Below are positions 49,737-59,324 of a stretch of DNA of 64,000 bases, in pieces; the stretch's first letter is position 1; each line of letters opens with the position of its first letter. Made by a program: the position numbers and the translations under genes. Under the pieces are notes generated by a model, which did not search any database, had not been told where the DNA came from, and saw only the letters and a list, made by a program, of their open reading frames with translations. Origin of the DNA: an uncultured Bacilli bacterium (GTDB lineage: Bacteria; Bacillota_I; Bacilli_A; RF39; UBA660); contig CAKOSO010000001.1 of assembly GCA_934102355.1 (NCBI GenBank), forward strand, positions 96,863-160,862, given 5' to 3'.

Positions 49737-52628
49737 TTAAATTACCTTTTTTAAAGTTTTTCCATTTTTTAAAGAAATCGAGCTTATTTCGTTATTAGCT
49801 CTTTCATCTGATGAATTATTAAATGTTTCTATATCTCCAGTTATATAACTTATAACGTACCAATCATCATTACAATAAACTTCTTTTAAATCTTCCACAT
49901 CTATTACTTTATAGGATTCTAAAGTATTATTTCTTTCTGCTTTTACATATCTTAAAGCATTAACTTTCTTATTCATAATTTTTACATAATCCTCTTCATA
50001 AGATTCATCTTTTGAATAATACATAATATCTTTTCTTTCATCTTGATATGTCAAATAACTTTGACCTAAATTAAATACACCATTTCCTCTAATTAAATAT
50101 TGAACATTTTTTGAATCTGAATATCCAACTTTTTCAATCGGTTGAGGCAAAACATCAACAAATTTTCTATTACTTCCTAATCTACTTCCAAAATCTTTAT
50201 ATTCCAGATCACAATCTTTTGCTATTAAACAAGGATATTGTTCAATACCTTTTATTTCTTTGTCAAAGTTAGTAAATCCAATTGTAACATTTTTAATACA
50301 TTTTTCTATTCCTTCTGATTGATATGAAGTTTTTATTACTTCATCCGCAGCTTGTAAATATACATCAAAGAAATCTACTGAGTTTATTTTTTTAGAAATT
50401 TCAATATTATCTAAACATAATAAATCCCCATTTCTCCATATCCAACTATGTGCTAAAATTTCATTACCCTTTTTAACTACCAATATTCTACCATTATTAC
50501 TTGTTAAAGAATGCTTTAAGCACGAATAACCGTTACCCAATACAGTAAAACAACAATCTGTTTTATTGCCTATGGCTAATGCCTCCATATCATCTAACCT
50601 TAATATTTCATAAGAATATTCATTTTTAGTACCTTTAATTCTTGGTATTGTAGAACTTACTCTAGCTAACATTTGATCATGTAATAATAAAGTTTCATTT
50701 ACATTACTATTACTGCATCCAATAAATTTAAATAATCCCTCTAAACGATAATATTTAGATGGTAATGATATTTCATCACTTTTTAAAAAATCTACTATTA
50801 TTTTTAATGATTTATCTTTATCATTCATGGCAATTACTTTCCATTCATTAAATATTCTTGGAAAATATTTATATAAATCATTATCTTTGTTAGATAACAT
50901 TTCTTTCATTTTAGAATAATTTTTATCACTAAATAATAAATTCATTAACTTAGTATTTAATATTGGGTTACTTTGTTCATCTAATTTAACGCTTTTAATA
51001 TCAACATTACCTATTAAATGTTCTAATACAGGTAATGTATCATCTATTTCTAATAAAGCTCTTGCATTATTAAAACCCACCATTAACATTAATTTTAAAA
51101 TTAACTGTTTATAAATTCTAAAATGCCAATCACTTTTTTCGAACTTTTTATATAATTGTTTATGTTGTTTAACATTATAATTTTCTAATTGTTCTACTGT
51201 AAAATCTTTTACTTTAAAATCAATTTGACCTAATCTATTAAATATAGTTATTTCTTCAATACTTGATAATTGATATAGTATCGTAATTGATTTACCCATA
51301 ACAATTCTATAAAATAATTTTTCTATTTCTTTAAAATTGTTATTTTCAATATTATTTATAATATTTTGATTTTTTAAAAATAATATAAAATTTGATAAAT
51401 GTTGTTTATAGATTTTATCATTTTTTGAAATAGCATTATTTTGCAACATTTCTTTAAGTTCACTTAAATTATTTAAATATTTCTCTGAAAAAATTGAAGT
51501 TGTTACATCTATTTCTTCTAATATACCTTTATTCTTAATATTATTTCTATACTTTGTTTCAATATATCTTAATGCAGATACATCTCCCCTATGTAAATAA
51601 GAAGTATAAAACTTTGTATCAAATAATTCTTCTATATTATCTATTTCAAAAGTATCTAATATATTTTTTAAATCATCATTAATTGTTTCAATTTTAGAGC
51701 ACAATTTAATCCAATCATTTAAAGTTAATGACTTAAAAACTTCTTTATTATTACTATACAAATCTACAATAATTCTAGGACTTATTTCAGATAATATCTT
51801 TTTAATATCTTGTTTCTTAATTATATTTTTAAAAAATTTTGGTATTAAAATTTCTTTCTTGATGCTATAAGTTTCACTTAAATATTTTTCTAAATCATAT
51901 TCATCAATATTGGCGAAAGCAAGATTTAATTTAACATAATGTTTATTTACAAACTCTTTATATACTTCTGTATTATCTATATATTTTAAAAATGATAAAA
52001 GTTGTCTGGGATTAAATGTATTGATTTTATCATTAAACACATCTAAAAAATAGTTCATAAATTCTTCATTATACACTTTTTGTTGTTGAAAAACATTATT
52101 CATTTCATTTGTATTAGCATTTTCATAACAACATCTATTATGAAAATACACTCCATGAATAAATTTTCTATTTTCTATTTCAATTAAATCAGTATAAAAT
52201 TGATTATAAAAAGAATAATAATCTTCATGAGTAAATCCGTGAAATAAATTTTCAGGATTTTGATTTATAACTCTTTTAAATATTTCTACGTCGATATTCT
52301 TTAATTCTTTTAAAACATTAAAAGAGAAAAAATAAGATAAAGATTTAGGCTCCATCATTGTATATAAAAATATATCTTTATCATGTTCTTTTATATATTT
52401 AATATTTTCCTTTAAAAACGCTATTTGTCTTTCTTCTGGTAATTTACTAATAATATAATAAATAGTAAGAGGCGTCATATCATTAATAGCTTTATCACCA
52501 TTCTTAATATATTCATAACATTCTTTAAGTGCTTTTTCTTCATTTTTCTTACCAACATTTAATGAAAGTGATATAAGATTTGTTTGTTTCAATAAATCTT
52601 TCATTTGTTCATCAGTTAATTTTGGCAT
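49737..52628 (-). CDS. large hypothetical protein (963 aa), last gene of 4-gene operon; possible C-terminal Cys/His peptidase-like region
   Basis: No nucleotide-binding motif. The C-terminal third has GNKTDCCFTVLGNGYSC...AHSWIWRNGD (candidate Cys-His-Asp arrangement). Followed by a minus-strand terminator (AATGATGAT...ATCATCATT + T7). Confidence 0.6.
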   Translation of the reverse strand: MPKLTDEQMKDLLKQTNLISLSLNVGKKNEEKALKECYEYIKNGDKAINDMTPLTIYYIISKLPEERQIAFLKENIKYIKEHDKDIFLYTMMEPKSLSYFFSFNVLKELKNIDVEIFKRVINQNPENLFHGFTHEDYYSFYNQFYTDLIEIENRKFIHGVYFHNRCCYENANTNEMNNVFQQQKVYNEEFMNYFLDVFNDKINTFNPRQLLSFLKYIDNTEVYKEFVNKHYVKLNLAFANIDEYDLEKYLSETYSIKKEILIPKFFKNIIKKQDIKKILSEISPRIIVDLYSNNKEVFKSLTLNDWIKLCSKIETINDDLKNILDTFEIDNIEELFDTKFYTSYLHRGDVSALRYIETKYRNNIKNKGILEEIDVTTSIFSEKYLNNLSELKEMLQNNAISKNDKIYKQHLSNFILFLKNQNIINNIENNNFKEIEKLFYRIVMGKSITILYQLSSIEEITIFNRLGQIDFKVKDFTVEQLENYNVKQHKQLYKKFEKSDWHFRIYKQLILKLMLMVGFNNARALLEIDDTLPVLEHLIGNVDIKSVKLDEQSNPILNTKLMNLLFSDKNYSKMKEMLSNKDNDLYKYFPRIFNEWKVIAMNDKDKSLKIIVDFLKSDEISLPSKYYRLEGLFKFIGCSNSNVNETLLLHDQMLARVSSTIPRIKGTKNEYSYEILRLDDMEALAIGNKTDCCFTVLGNGYSCLKHSLTSNNGRILVVKKGNEILAHSWIWRNGDLLCLDNIEISKKINSVDFFDVYLQAADEVIKTSYQSEGIEKCIKNVTIGFTNFDKEIKGIEQYPCLIAKDCDLEYKDFGSRLGSNRKFVDVLPQPIEKVGYSDSKNVQYLIRGNGVFNLGQSYLTYQDERKDIMYYSKDESYEEDYVKIMNKKVNALRYVKAERNNTLESYKVIDVEDLKEVYCNDDWYVISYITGDIETFNNSSDERANNEISSISLKNGKTLKKVI

Positions 52629-52648
52629 GATATTATCCTCTTTCTTTT

Positions 52649-54235
52649 TTATTTTTTAAATTTATTAAAATCTATTTTTAATACTCTTTGAACTGGTTTA
52701 GATATACTTGTATCTAATTTTCTTAATTCCGCTTTTGCTTGTTCTCTTGTAAATTCATATATTCTATCACAATATTCAAATCCTTCAGCAAAATGTTCTG
52801 CTGTAATAAATTCACTATCATAAACTTTTGCAAATGCAAACGCCTTGTCAACAATAGATATTGCTAAATCTGGGTTATTAACGCTATCATTATATACTCT
52901 ATGCCTTTTTTCAGTAGCATTTAATATAATATTTACTATTTGAGTTCTTATATTTTCATTTTCAAAAGATATTCCACTTTTTATATAATAATCCCCAATT
53001 ACCTTATCCACTATTTGATATAAAATATCTTCATTAGGTTCTTTAACAATAATTTTTTCAAATCTTCTTTTTAAAGCATCATCACTAAAGAATTCTTGAT
53101 ATTCTTTTTCAGTTGTTGTTCCAATTACTTTTAAGTTAGATCTATCTATATAATGTTTTAACATAGATGACATGTCGTTATTTTTACCTACAGTTGAACC
53201 AAGACCATATATTGTATGAATTTCATCTATAAATACTATTACATCTAATCTTTCACATAGCTTCATTAATTTAGTCACGTTATCTTCAAACATTCCAACG
53301 TATTTACAGCCTGCAACTATATCACTTGGATTAACCTCCAAAATTATTTTTCCTTGTAAAAAGTTTGACACTTGTCCAGTTTTAATTCTATAAGCAAGTT
53401 CATCTACTATAGCAGTTTTACCAACACCTGATTCACCAACTATTAATGGTCTCTTTTTATCTTGAGCTAAAGTAATTATAAGATTTTTTAGTTCTTTTCC
53501 CCTTCCAATAGTCGGTGCAACTACATAATTCTTTCTATTTAATATTTTCCCATATTTTTCAAGTTCTGAAATATCTCTATCAGATAATGTTACAGTTACT
53601 GTAGAAGCAGGATTTTTTTGTTTTACTGATACATTATTAGCAACAGCAGGTTTAGCTTCTTTAAGTTGATTATTTTGTTTAACCTTAGAATATCTTTCTT
53701 CAAATTTTTTCTTAAAACTTTCTATTTGTTTTTTAGAATATTGCTTTTGAAAAATCATTGCTTCCAATAAATTTCTGCCTTCTGAACAAACCTTAGTACA
53801 ATCATATCCATTAGAACATAATAAATCATAAATTCCTTCAACTTCGCCTAAATAATCATCACTATATATTGCAGTATGCATAATAGTGTCTTTATCACTA
53901 TCAACATGATTAACATTTAAATTATATTTTAATGCTTCAGTAATAATATTTAAAATAAATTCTTCACTATATCCAGCATATAAAGCAGTTTGAATAAAAT
54001 TATAATTATAATCTGCTTCTAAATTTGGACTTAATCCAAATTTTAATAATGATTTAATTGCAAGGAAACATTTCGCTTCATCATACTTATCATCTACTAA
54101 AATATGCAAAATAGATTGATTATCTTCATCTATATAATCTATACCTCCAAATACACTCTTAATTTTTTTTACATTAGAATGCATATTATCTGTCATTTTT
54201 GATAATAAATTTTTTATATTATTTTCGCTTAACAT
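52649..54235 (-). CDS. ankyrin-repeat + ClpA/ClpB D1-like AAA+ ATPase (single AAA+ module)
   Basis: N-terminal degenerate ANK repeats (NQSILHILV...LLKFGLSPNL; DTIMHTAIYS...LLCSNGYDC). Walker A GESGVGKTAIVDELAYRI is near-identical to ClpA/B D1. Walker B VIVFIDEIH, sensor VIGTTT, Arg finger ALKRRFEKI. Start at MLSENN with RBS GGGAGGAA. Confidence 0.65.
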   Translation of the reverse strand: MLSENNIKNLLSKMTDNMHSNVKKIKSVFGGIDYIDEDNQSILHILVDDKYDEAKCFLAIKSLLKFGLSPNLEADYNYNFIQTALYAGYSEEFILNIITEALKYNLNVNHVDSDKDTIMHTAIYSDDYLGEVEGIYDLLCSNGYDCTKVCSEGRNLLEAMIFQKQYSKKQIESFKKKFEERYSKVKQNNQLKEAKPAVANNVSVKQKNPASTVTVTLSDRDISELEKYGKILNRKNYVVAPTIGRGKELKNLIITLAQDKKRPLIVGESGVGKTAIVDELAYRIKTGQVSNFLQGKIILEVNPSDIVAGCKYVGMFEDNVTKLMKLCERLDVIVFIDEIHTIYGLGSTVGKNNDMSSMLKHYIDRSNLKVIGTTTEKEYQEFFSDDALKRRFEKIIVKEPNEDILYQIVDKVIGDYYIKSGISFENENIRTQIVNIILNATEKRHRVYNDSVNNPDLAISIVDKAFAFAKVYDSEFITAEHFAEGFEYCDRIYEFTREQAKAELRKLDTSISKPVQRVLKIDFNKFKK

Positions 54236-54567
54236 ACAGAATTCCTCCCTAAATAGTTGGTGGTTATTATAACATAATATCAAAATCAATACAATATCTA
54301 AGTATGTAAAATTTCCACTTAGAATTCACAAAATAAGGTAATTTTTAATTTCTATTAATTAGAAATGTTAAAATTAAAAAGGTATTATGAATATAGTAAT
54401 AGAAACATTGATATAATATAAAACATTTAAAAGATCAACTTATTCAAGCTGATCTTTTAAACTTTATTTATTTTCTTCTCGTTCAGAATAATACTCCGGT
54501 ACATCCAGATATAGCCATACCCACAACTTCATTACCATTATGATATTCATATTGAACATTATCAGCT

Positions 54568-56034
54568 CTATTTATTCTTTTGTTCATAAACACGTTTTAA
54601 TGTTCTAGCTAATCTAACCTGTTCAATATCTTTTTCAAATTTTCCCACAACACTTTTAGGATCACATTCAAGATGTTCTTTTTCATCAAAAATCTTAAGT
54701 AAAAGTTTTTCTTCAGTAGTCATTTTACGATACCAACAAGACTCATACGCTATTTTACAAAGATCATCAACTCCAAAAGGATATTTATCTGGATTAACAT
54801 AATACTGTTGTTTTCTAACATTATATAGCACCTTTAATAAAACATCTGGTGCTATAGGTGAATTAAAATATTTTACTATTTGAGCTAATTTTTGATTAAA
54901 CTCTTCATTATCTAATTCAAACGTTTTTTTACTATTAATTAATGCAATTCTAAATAATAAAGAATTACTGCCAGTTAAACCTGCCATATAATTTATTGAA
55001 TCTATAAATTCTTTCGGTAAACCATTAAGTCCAACTTCACCAACTAGCTTTTCAAATTCTTGAACCATATCTTTTGAATAATATGGAAATTTAAGTTCGA
55101 ATAAATTACGCCCACCAATTTTATCCATTTTTGCTTTTGTAACAGCAAACCATCTATATGAATATAAGAAATTATTATCTGATTCACTTTTCTTATTATC
55201 ATAAGTAGGATCAAAATAGTAAACACCCTTAACACCATATTTTTCATCATCAACAAAAATTACATTTCTTGCATGTCCATTTTTATTATTATTAGAGTTG
55301 ATTAAAAATACCGTATTACATTTAATTCCAAGTCTTTTAATCAATGTAGTAAATATTCTAGCATACCCAAGACACACTATTTTATCACTTAATAATGATG
55401 ATGTTAAATCTCTTGAATTCCTTTTATCTTCACCATCATCTACTTCTGTATAAACTTTATCTCTTACTATATCATAAATATACATAATTTTTTCAAGAGG
55501 TGAAAAATTAAATTTTTCTACCTCATTAATCATTTTATCAATTGCACTAATAGTATCTTTATATTCCTTAAATGTAATTAAACTATCATTATCATATAAT
55601 GAGAAATATAAATTTGAAGTATTGTAATCAAATAATTCATTTATTTCATCCATTTTTTCCAAACTCAAATCAAAAGGAACATTAAAAATTAATCTTTTTG
55701 TACTTAAAACTGGATTTTTCTTTACAAAATCTGCTATTTTCTTATAATCAAAGTATCCAAATGTAATATCATTAATACTTTTAATATATTGTAATCTATT
55801 ATTCTTAAACTTAGTTAAAAAATCTTTCCACTCTTCATCATATAAACGTGAATCAATATCAATATCTATATTCTCTTCTAAATCATAAGGATTTGAAATA
55901 ATATCATAAAAATCATCATCTAACAAAGTATTAATGCGTACCTCATAGTCATGATATATGTCACCCTTAAACACATTCGCACGGGAAAGATCATCATCTT
56001 CTTCAAGTGGATAAAATGATAGTAATCCTTTCAT
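54568..56034 (-). CDS. transglutaminase-like cysteine protease core domain protein (488 aa)
   Basis: The central region KIVCLGYARIFTTLIKRLGIKCNTVFLINSNNNKNGHARNVIFVDDEKYGVKGVYYFDPT matches the TGase-like Cys-His-Asp core (CxGxA ... GIPxR ... HaWxEVy ... DPT). Confidence 0.55.
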   Translation of the reverse strand: MKGLLSFYPLEEDDDLSRANVFKGDIYHDYEVRINTLLDDDFYDIISNPYDLEENIDIDIDSRLYDEEWKDFLTKFKNNRLQYIKSINDITFGYFDYKKIADFVKKNPVLSTKRLIFNVPFDLSLEKMDEINELFDYNTSNLYFSLYDNDSLITFKEYKDTISAIDKMINEVEKFNFSPLEKIMYIYDIVRDKVYTEVDDGEDKRNSRDLTSSLLSDKIVCLGYARIFTTLIKRLGIKCNTVFLINSNNNKNGHARNVIFVDDEKYGVKGVYYFDPTYDNKKSESDNNFLYSYRWFAVTKAKMDKIGGRNLFELKFPYYSKDMVQEFEKLVGEVGLNGLPKEFIDSINYMAGLTGSNSLLFRIALINSKKTFELDNEEFNQKLAQIVKYFNSPIAPDVLLKVLYNVRKQQYYVNPDKYPFGVDDLCKIAYESCWYRKMTTEEKLLLKIFDEKEHLECDPKSVVGKFEKDIEQVRLARTLKRVYEQKNK

Positions 56035-56081
56035 AAAAACACCTCTTTTAATTAATAATTAAGCAATGAAAACAATTCATA

Positions 56082-57344
56082 TTATTTATTTCTTTTAATA
56101 CTTGGAACTAATATTCTAGGCTTTACTTTTTTAAAATTTGATACTTGTTCCTTTTGTCTATCAACACTTTCTCTAGTTATCTCACCATTTAAAAATTTTG
56201 CTCTTGCTAACACATAAGACTTATTAATAATAGGAATTCCATTAATTTTTAAATAATCTAAAACTAATGTTTTATCTTCATCTGTAATTTCTATACCATT
56301 TATAGTAGTTCTAGTCTGATAAAGAGCTTTTAGATTTAAAGGTTCAAACGCATCTATTAAAGACAACTTATTATCGTTAACATATGAAACAATTGTACTC
56401 ATATCTTTAGGATTATTCCTTTTCATAAAACTTGCTAATGCTGAACCAAAACTTTTATCATTCTTAAATGGTACTCTTTTAATAAATTCTAATAATTCAA
56501 ATTTTGTACCATCTGATAAAACACCAGTATTTATTCCATTTGCTAAATCAGATATGGTAGCAGCATTTTTAAAACAATTTTCTTTTCTATTTAACTCTCT
56601 CTTTGATAAATATTCTTTATATAAATCTACATCTAATTCTTCAATAACACTAGCACAATATGCTAATATTTCTCTATCAATTCCTAACTCATCTAAGAAT
56701 TCCTTCTTGTAACTACTAGGAGTATTAACATAAGCACTTATTACAAACTTAGCATAATCATAAACTTGAAGATAATTCTCTATACTTAAAACATATTTAA
56801 CGTTACTAACTATATCCTTATCTTCATATTCTTTAAATTTAGCATATAAAAAATCAAAATTATCAAGTGCTTCCCTTGCTAAATCTAACCTAGCATCATT
56901 TTTGCCATATTTACTTAATAAAGCATATGATCTTTTAAATTCTTTTGAGCCTTTAAATAAAGTTAACAATTTTTCTACCTTTTTATAATCATTATCATTA
57001 GAATTAATAATATCAAAAACTAAATTAATTTTTTTAACTCTTAATGCTATTTCTTCCAAAGTACATCTATAAGAATTTTTCATAATCTTAAAATAGCCCT
57101 TTTCTTCATATTCTTTATAAATTTTCAATAATTCCTTAAGTTTTTCTACTTCTTTTAAACCTAAAGTATTATAAAGTTCAATATTATTCTTTAAACTAGA
57201 ATCATTACAAAAAGAATATAAGTTTATAGCTTTTGCATCTTCATCTAAATCCGAATTAATCAAATCAAACATATGATTAATATCATCCATAGTAATTAAA
57301 GCACCTTTACTACCATAGTTTAATTTTGTTCTACCTTTCATCAT
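56082..57344 (-). CDS. hypothetical protein (420 aa), first gene of 4-gene operon
   Basis: Start set at MMKGRTKLNYG with RBS AGGAGGGG 8 nt upstream. The longest ORF starts at 57404. Predicted mostly alpha-helical, no known motif. Confidence 0.55.
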   Translation of the reverse strand: MMKGRTKLNYGSKGALITMDDINHMFDLINSDLDEDAKAINLYSFCNDSSLKNNIELYNTLGLKEVEKLKELLKIYKEYEEKGYFKIMKNSYRCTLEEIALRVKKINLVFDIINSNDNDYKKVEKLLTLFKGSKEFKRSYALLSKYGKNDARLDLAREALDNFDFLYAKFKEYEDKDIVSNVKYVLSIENYLQVYDYAKFVISAYVNTPSSYKKEFLDELGIDREILAYCASVIEELDVDLYKEYLSKRELNRKENCFKNAATISDLANGINTGVLSDGTKFELLEFIKRVPFKNDKSFGSALASFMKRNNPKDMSTIVSYVNDNKLSLIDAFEPLNLKALYQTRTTINGIEITDEDKTLVLDYLKINGIPIINKSYVLARAKFLNGEITRESVDRQKEQVSNFKKVKPRILVPSIKRNK

Positions 57345-57439
57345 TTTTAAAACCCCTCCTACTATGTAATAGTTATAACAAGATTTATATATAACATAAG
57401 TCATTATTTTAAAACTATATCATCTGATAACTGCGACAT

Positions 57440-57468
57440 ATTATAGCATTTTTAACCAATTTTGTCAA
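57440..57468 (-). promoter_or_regulatory. perfect consensus sigma-A promoter driving the 4-gene operon (-35 TTGACA, 17-nt spacer, extended -10 TGcTATAAT)
   Basis: Minus-strand reading TTGACAaaattggttaaaaatgcTATAAT. -35 at 57463-57468, -10 at 57440-57445, about 95 nt upstream of the first start codon. Confidence 0.5.
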
Positions 57469-57504
57469 TTTTATGTAAACTTTATCAAATAAAAACAAGA
57501 TCTG

Positions 57505-57930
57505 TTATGATCTTGTTCTACTATTTCCTTTTTTGTTTTCTGTTACCGTTGCTTTTAATTTAGCTTCTATTTTATATAATCTTGAATCTATTTCCTCATC
57601 TTTATCTTTTAATTCATTTGAATTATGCATTTTAAGTGATTTAGAGAATTCTTTATATATATTAATTATTTGAACCCATTCATCTAAACTATACCTTCTA
57701 TGTTTTATAGCATTAGTAATAGTTCTTGTATCTATATCATATTCAACGATATCACCAATTATCAATGATGCACTACCAATATAATCTGATGATGAAAACG
57801 TAGTTAATGATTTATTTTTATCTAAAGTAAGTATTGTACTCCTTTTAACCTTTTTTACATATACCATTCTAGTCTTATCTAAAACTGGTTCAGAATATTC
57901 TATATCCACTACTATTCCTACTTTTTTCAT
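57505..57930 (-). CDS. hypothetical protein (141 aa)
   Basis: Start at MKKVGIVVDIEY with RBS AGGAGG + 7 nt. Followed on the minus strand by the terminator ACAAGATCATAACAGATCTTGT + TTTTTATTT at ~57494-57520. Confidence 0.5.
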   Translation of the reverse strand: MKKVGIVVDIEYSEPVLDKTRMVYVKKVKRSTILTLDKNKSLTTFSSSDYIGSASLIIGDIVEYDIDTRTITNAIKHRRYSLDEWVQIINIYKEFSKSLKMHNSNELKDKDEEIDSRLYKIEAKLKATVTENKKGNSRTRS

Positions 57931-58025
57931 AAATTTCCTCCTGAAAACATATTTTCTTTTTTCGAGCGTTATTCTACCACATTTTCTATTTTTAGTCAAA
58001 TAAAAAGCCATTATTAAATGACTTC

Positions 58026-58484
58026 TTAATAACCTAAAGCTTTTACAAATGATTTAACTTCATCTTTATATGTTGCTTCTACTCTTAAATAAATCAATGT
58101 ATTATCAACTCTAGATAAATACATATAATATCCATCAGTTGTAAGAGAGTAAGTACTATAATTCTTAAGTGATACACTTGATTCAGCATTTGATGAAGTT
58201 TTGTAATCCTCAAAAGTTGCTTTATTAGTATCAAACATTGATTTTGCATTTGTTTCATTATCTAAAACGTAAAACTCTACTTGATAATTATCATTCATTG
58301 CAAGTGTTGCGGCTTTCAACTCATCATATTCACTAAATTGAGCTTTTACATCAATTGTTTGATATCCATTCGCTTCAGATTTTGATATAAATTCTTCTGT
58401 TGTTAAAGCAGCTTTTTTACCACACCCAGTTAAAGTAACAATAGCAACTAAACATAGTAATCCAAAAAGTATTTTCTTTTTCAT
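58026..58484 (-). CDS. lipoprotein (152 aa)
   Basis: Signal peptide with lipobox LTGC (MKKKILFGLLCLVAIVTLTGCGKK). Confidence 0.6.
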   Translation of the reverse strand: MKKKILFGLLCLVAIVTLTGCGKKAALTTEEFISKSEANGYQTIDVKAQFSEYDELKAATLAMNDNYQVEFYVLDNETNAKSMFDTNKATFEDYKTSSNAESSVSLKNYSTYSLTTDGYYMYLSRVDNTLIYLRVEATYKDEVKSFVKALGY

Positions 58485-58526
58485 ATTATCCTCCTATTTT
58501 GATTCTATTATAAATCTAGTGTTTAA

Positions 58527-59210
58527 TCAATACATTTTATCTAACTTCCAAACATCATTTTCTTTTACAGCTTTTAATGTATATTGTCTTTCTTCTAAAA
58601 TTGTTTTTTCTTTATTCATATATGCATCTAACTTATATATTATTTCAAAAGATGTATCAGTATAATTTTTAACTTCTACATATTCATTTGTTTTTCCCGC
58701 AAAAACATTTGCAATACTTGCATTTTGTAAGTCAATAACAAATTCACCATTTTCTTCTAAATAAACTGGATTACTATTTAATAATTGCTCTGCAAATTCT
58801 TTTGTATATACCTTTTCTACATCATTTTTAAGATCTTGATAATTTTTATATCTTTCATCATTTACTTTCGCATACCTATCATCATTATTTGATGTAACAT
58901 ATGATAAACTTCCAGTTTTAAAAATAGAACTTAAATCAAAATTTTTTGAAGCTAAATCAAGTGCCGTTGTATAAATTTTTTTTGGAACACTATCACTATC
59001 ATTATTATTAACTTCCTCATATCCATTAATTATTTCATTTTTTTCTTCTACTTTTAATTTCCATACCACTAATAACATACCAGATATAATAAATAAAGAA
59101 CCTAGTACTATTAAAATTATGATAGCAACATGATACTTCTTCTTTTTAACTTTTACTTCATTTTCAGATGGTATATCACCTATTTTTATATTAATAGAAT
59201 TATTATCCAT
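58527..59210 (-). CDS. membrane-anchored hypothetical protein (227 aa)
   Basis: N-terminal cytoplasmic segment, one TM helix (HVAIIILIVLGSLFIISGMLLVVW) and an extracytoplasmic domain. Confidence 0.5.
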   Translation of the reverse strand: MDNNSINIKIGDIPSENEVKVKKKKYHVAIIILIVLGSLFIISGMLLVVWKLKVEEKNEIINGYEEVNNNDSDSVPKKIYTTALDLASKNFDLSSIFKTGSLSYVTSNNDDRYAKVNDERYKNYQDLKNDVEKVYTKEFAEQLLNSNPVYLEENGEFVIDLQNASIANVFAGKTNEYVEVKNYTDTSFEIIYKLDAYMNKEKTILEERQYTLKAVKENDVWKLDKMY

Positions 59211-59324
59211 TTTATTGCCCCTTTTCTATGATTTAATTATACCATACCAAATTCATTTTTTAAATAAACATTAAATTTTATTATATTATAGCACAAAAAA
59301 AAGACTTATTAATTACTAAGTCTT

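Noticed and set aside
54484-54587. 34-aa +1-frame ORF (MNKRINRADNVQYEYHNGNEVVGMAISGCTGVLF) starting inside the 3' end of the transglutaminase-like gene
   Set aside because: No RBS, and it starts within the coding sequence of the upstream gene. No supporting conservation evidence. Kept only as a note.
46666-57500. Calling the tRNA-Gly-adjacent region an intact integrative element or prophage
   Set aside because: No integrase, recombinase, transposase or phage structural gene is present, and the tRNA-like repeats are only partial. Only a decayed-island hypothesis is offered.
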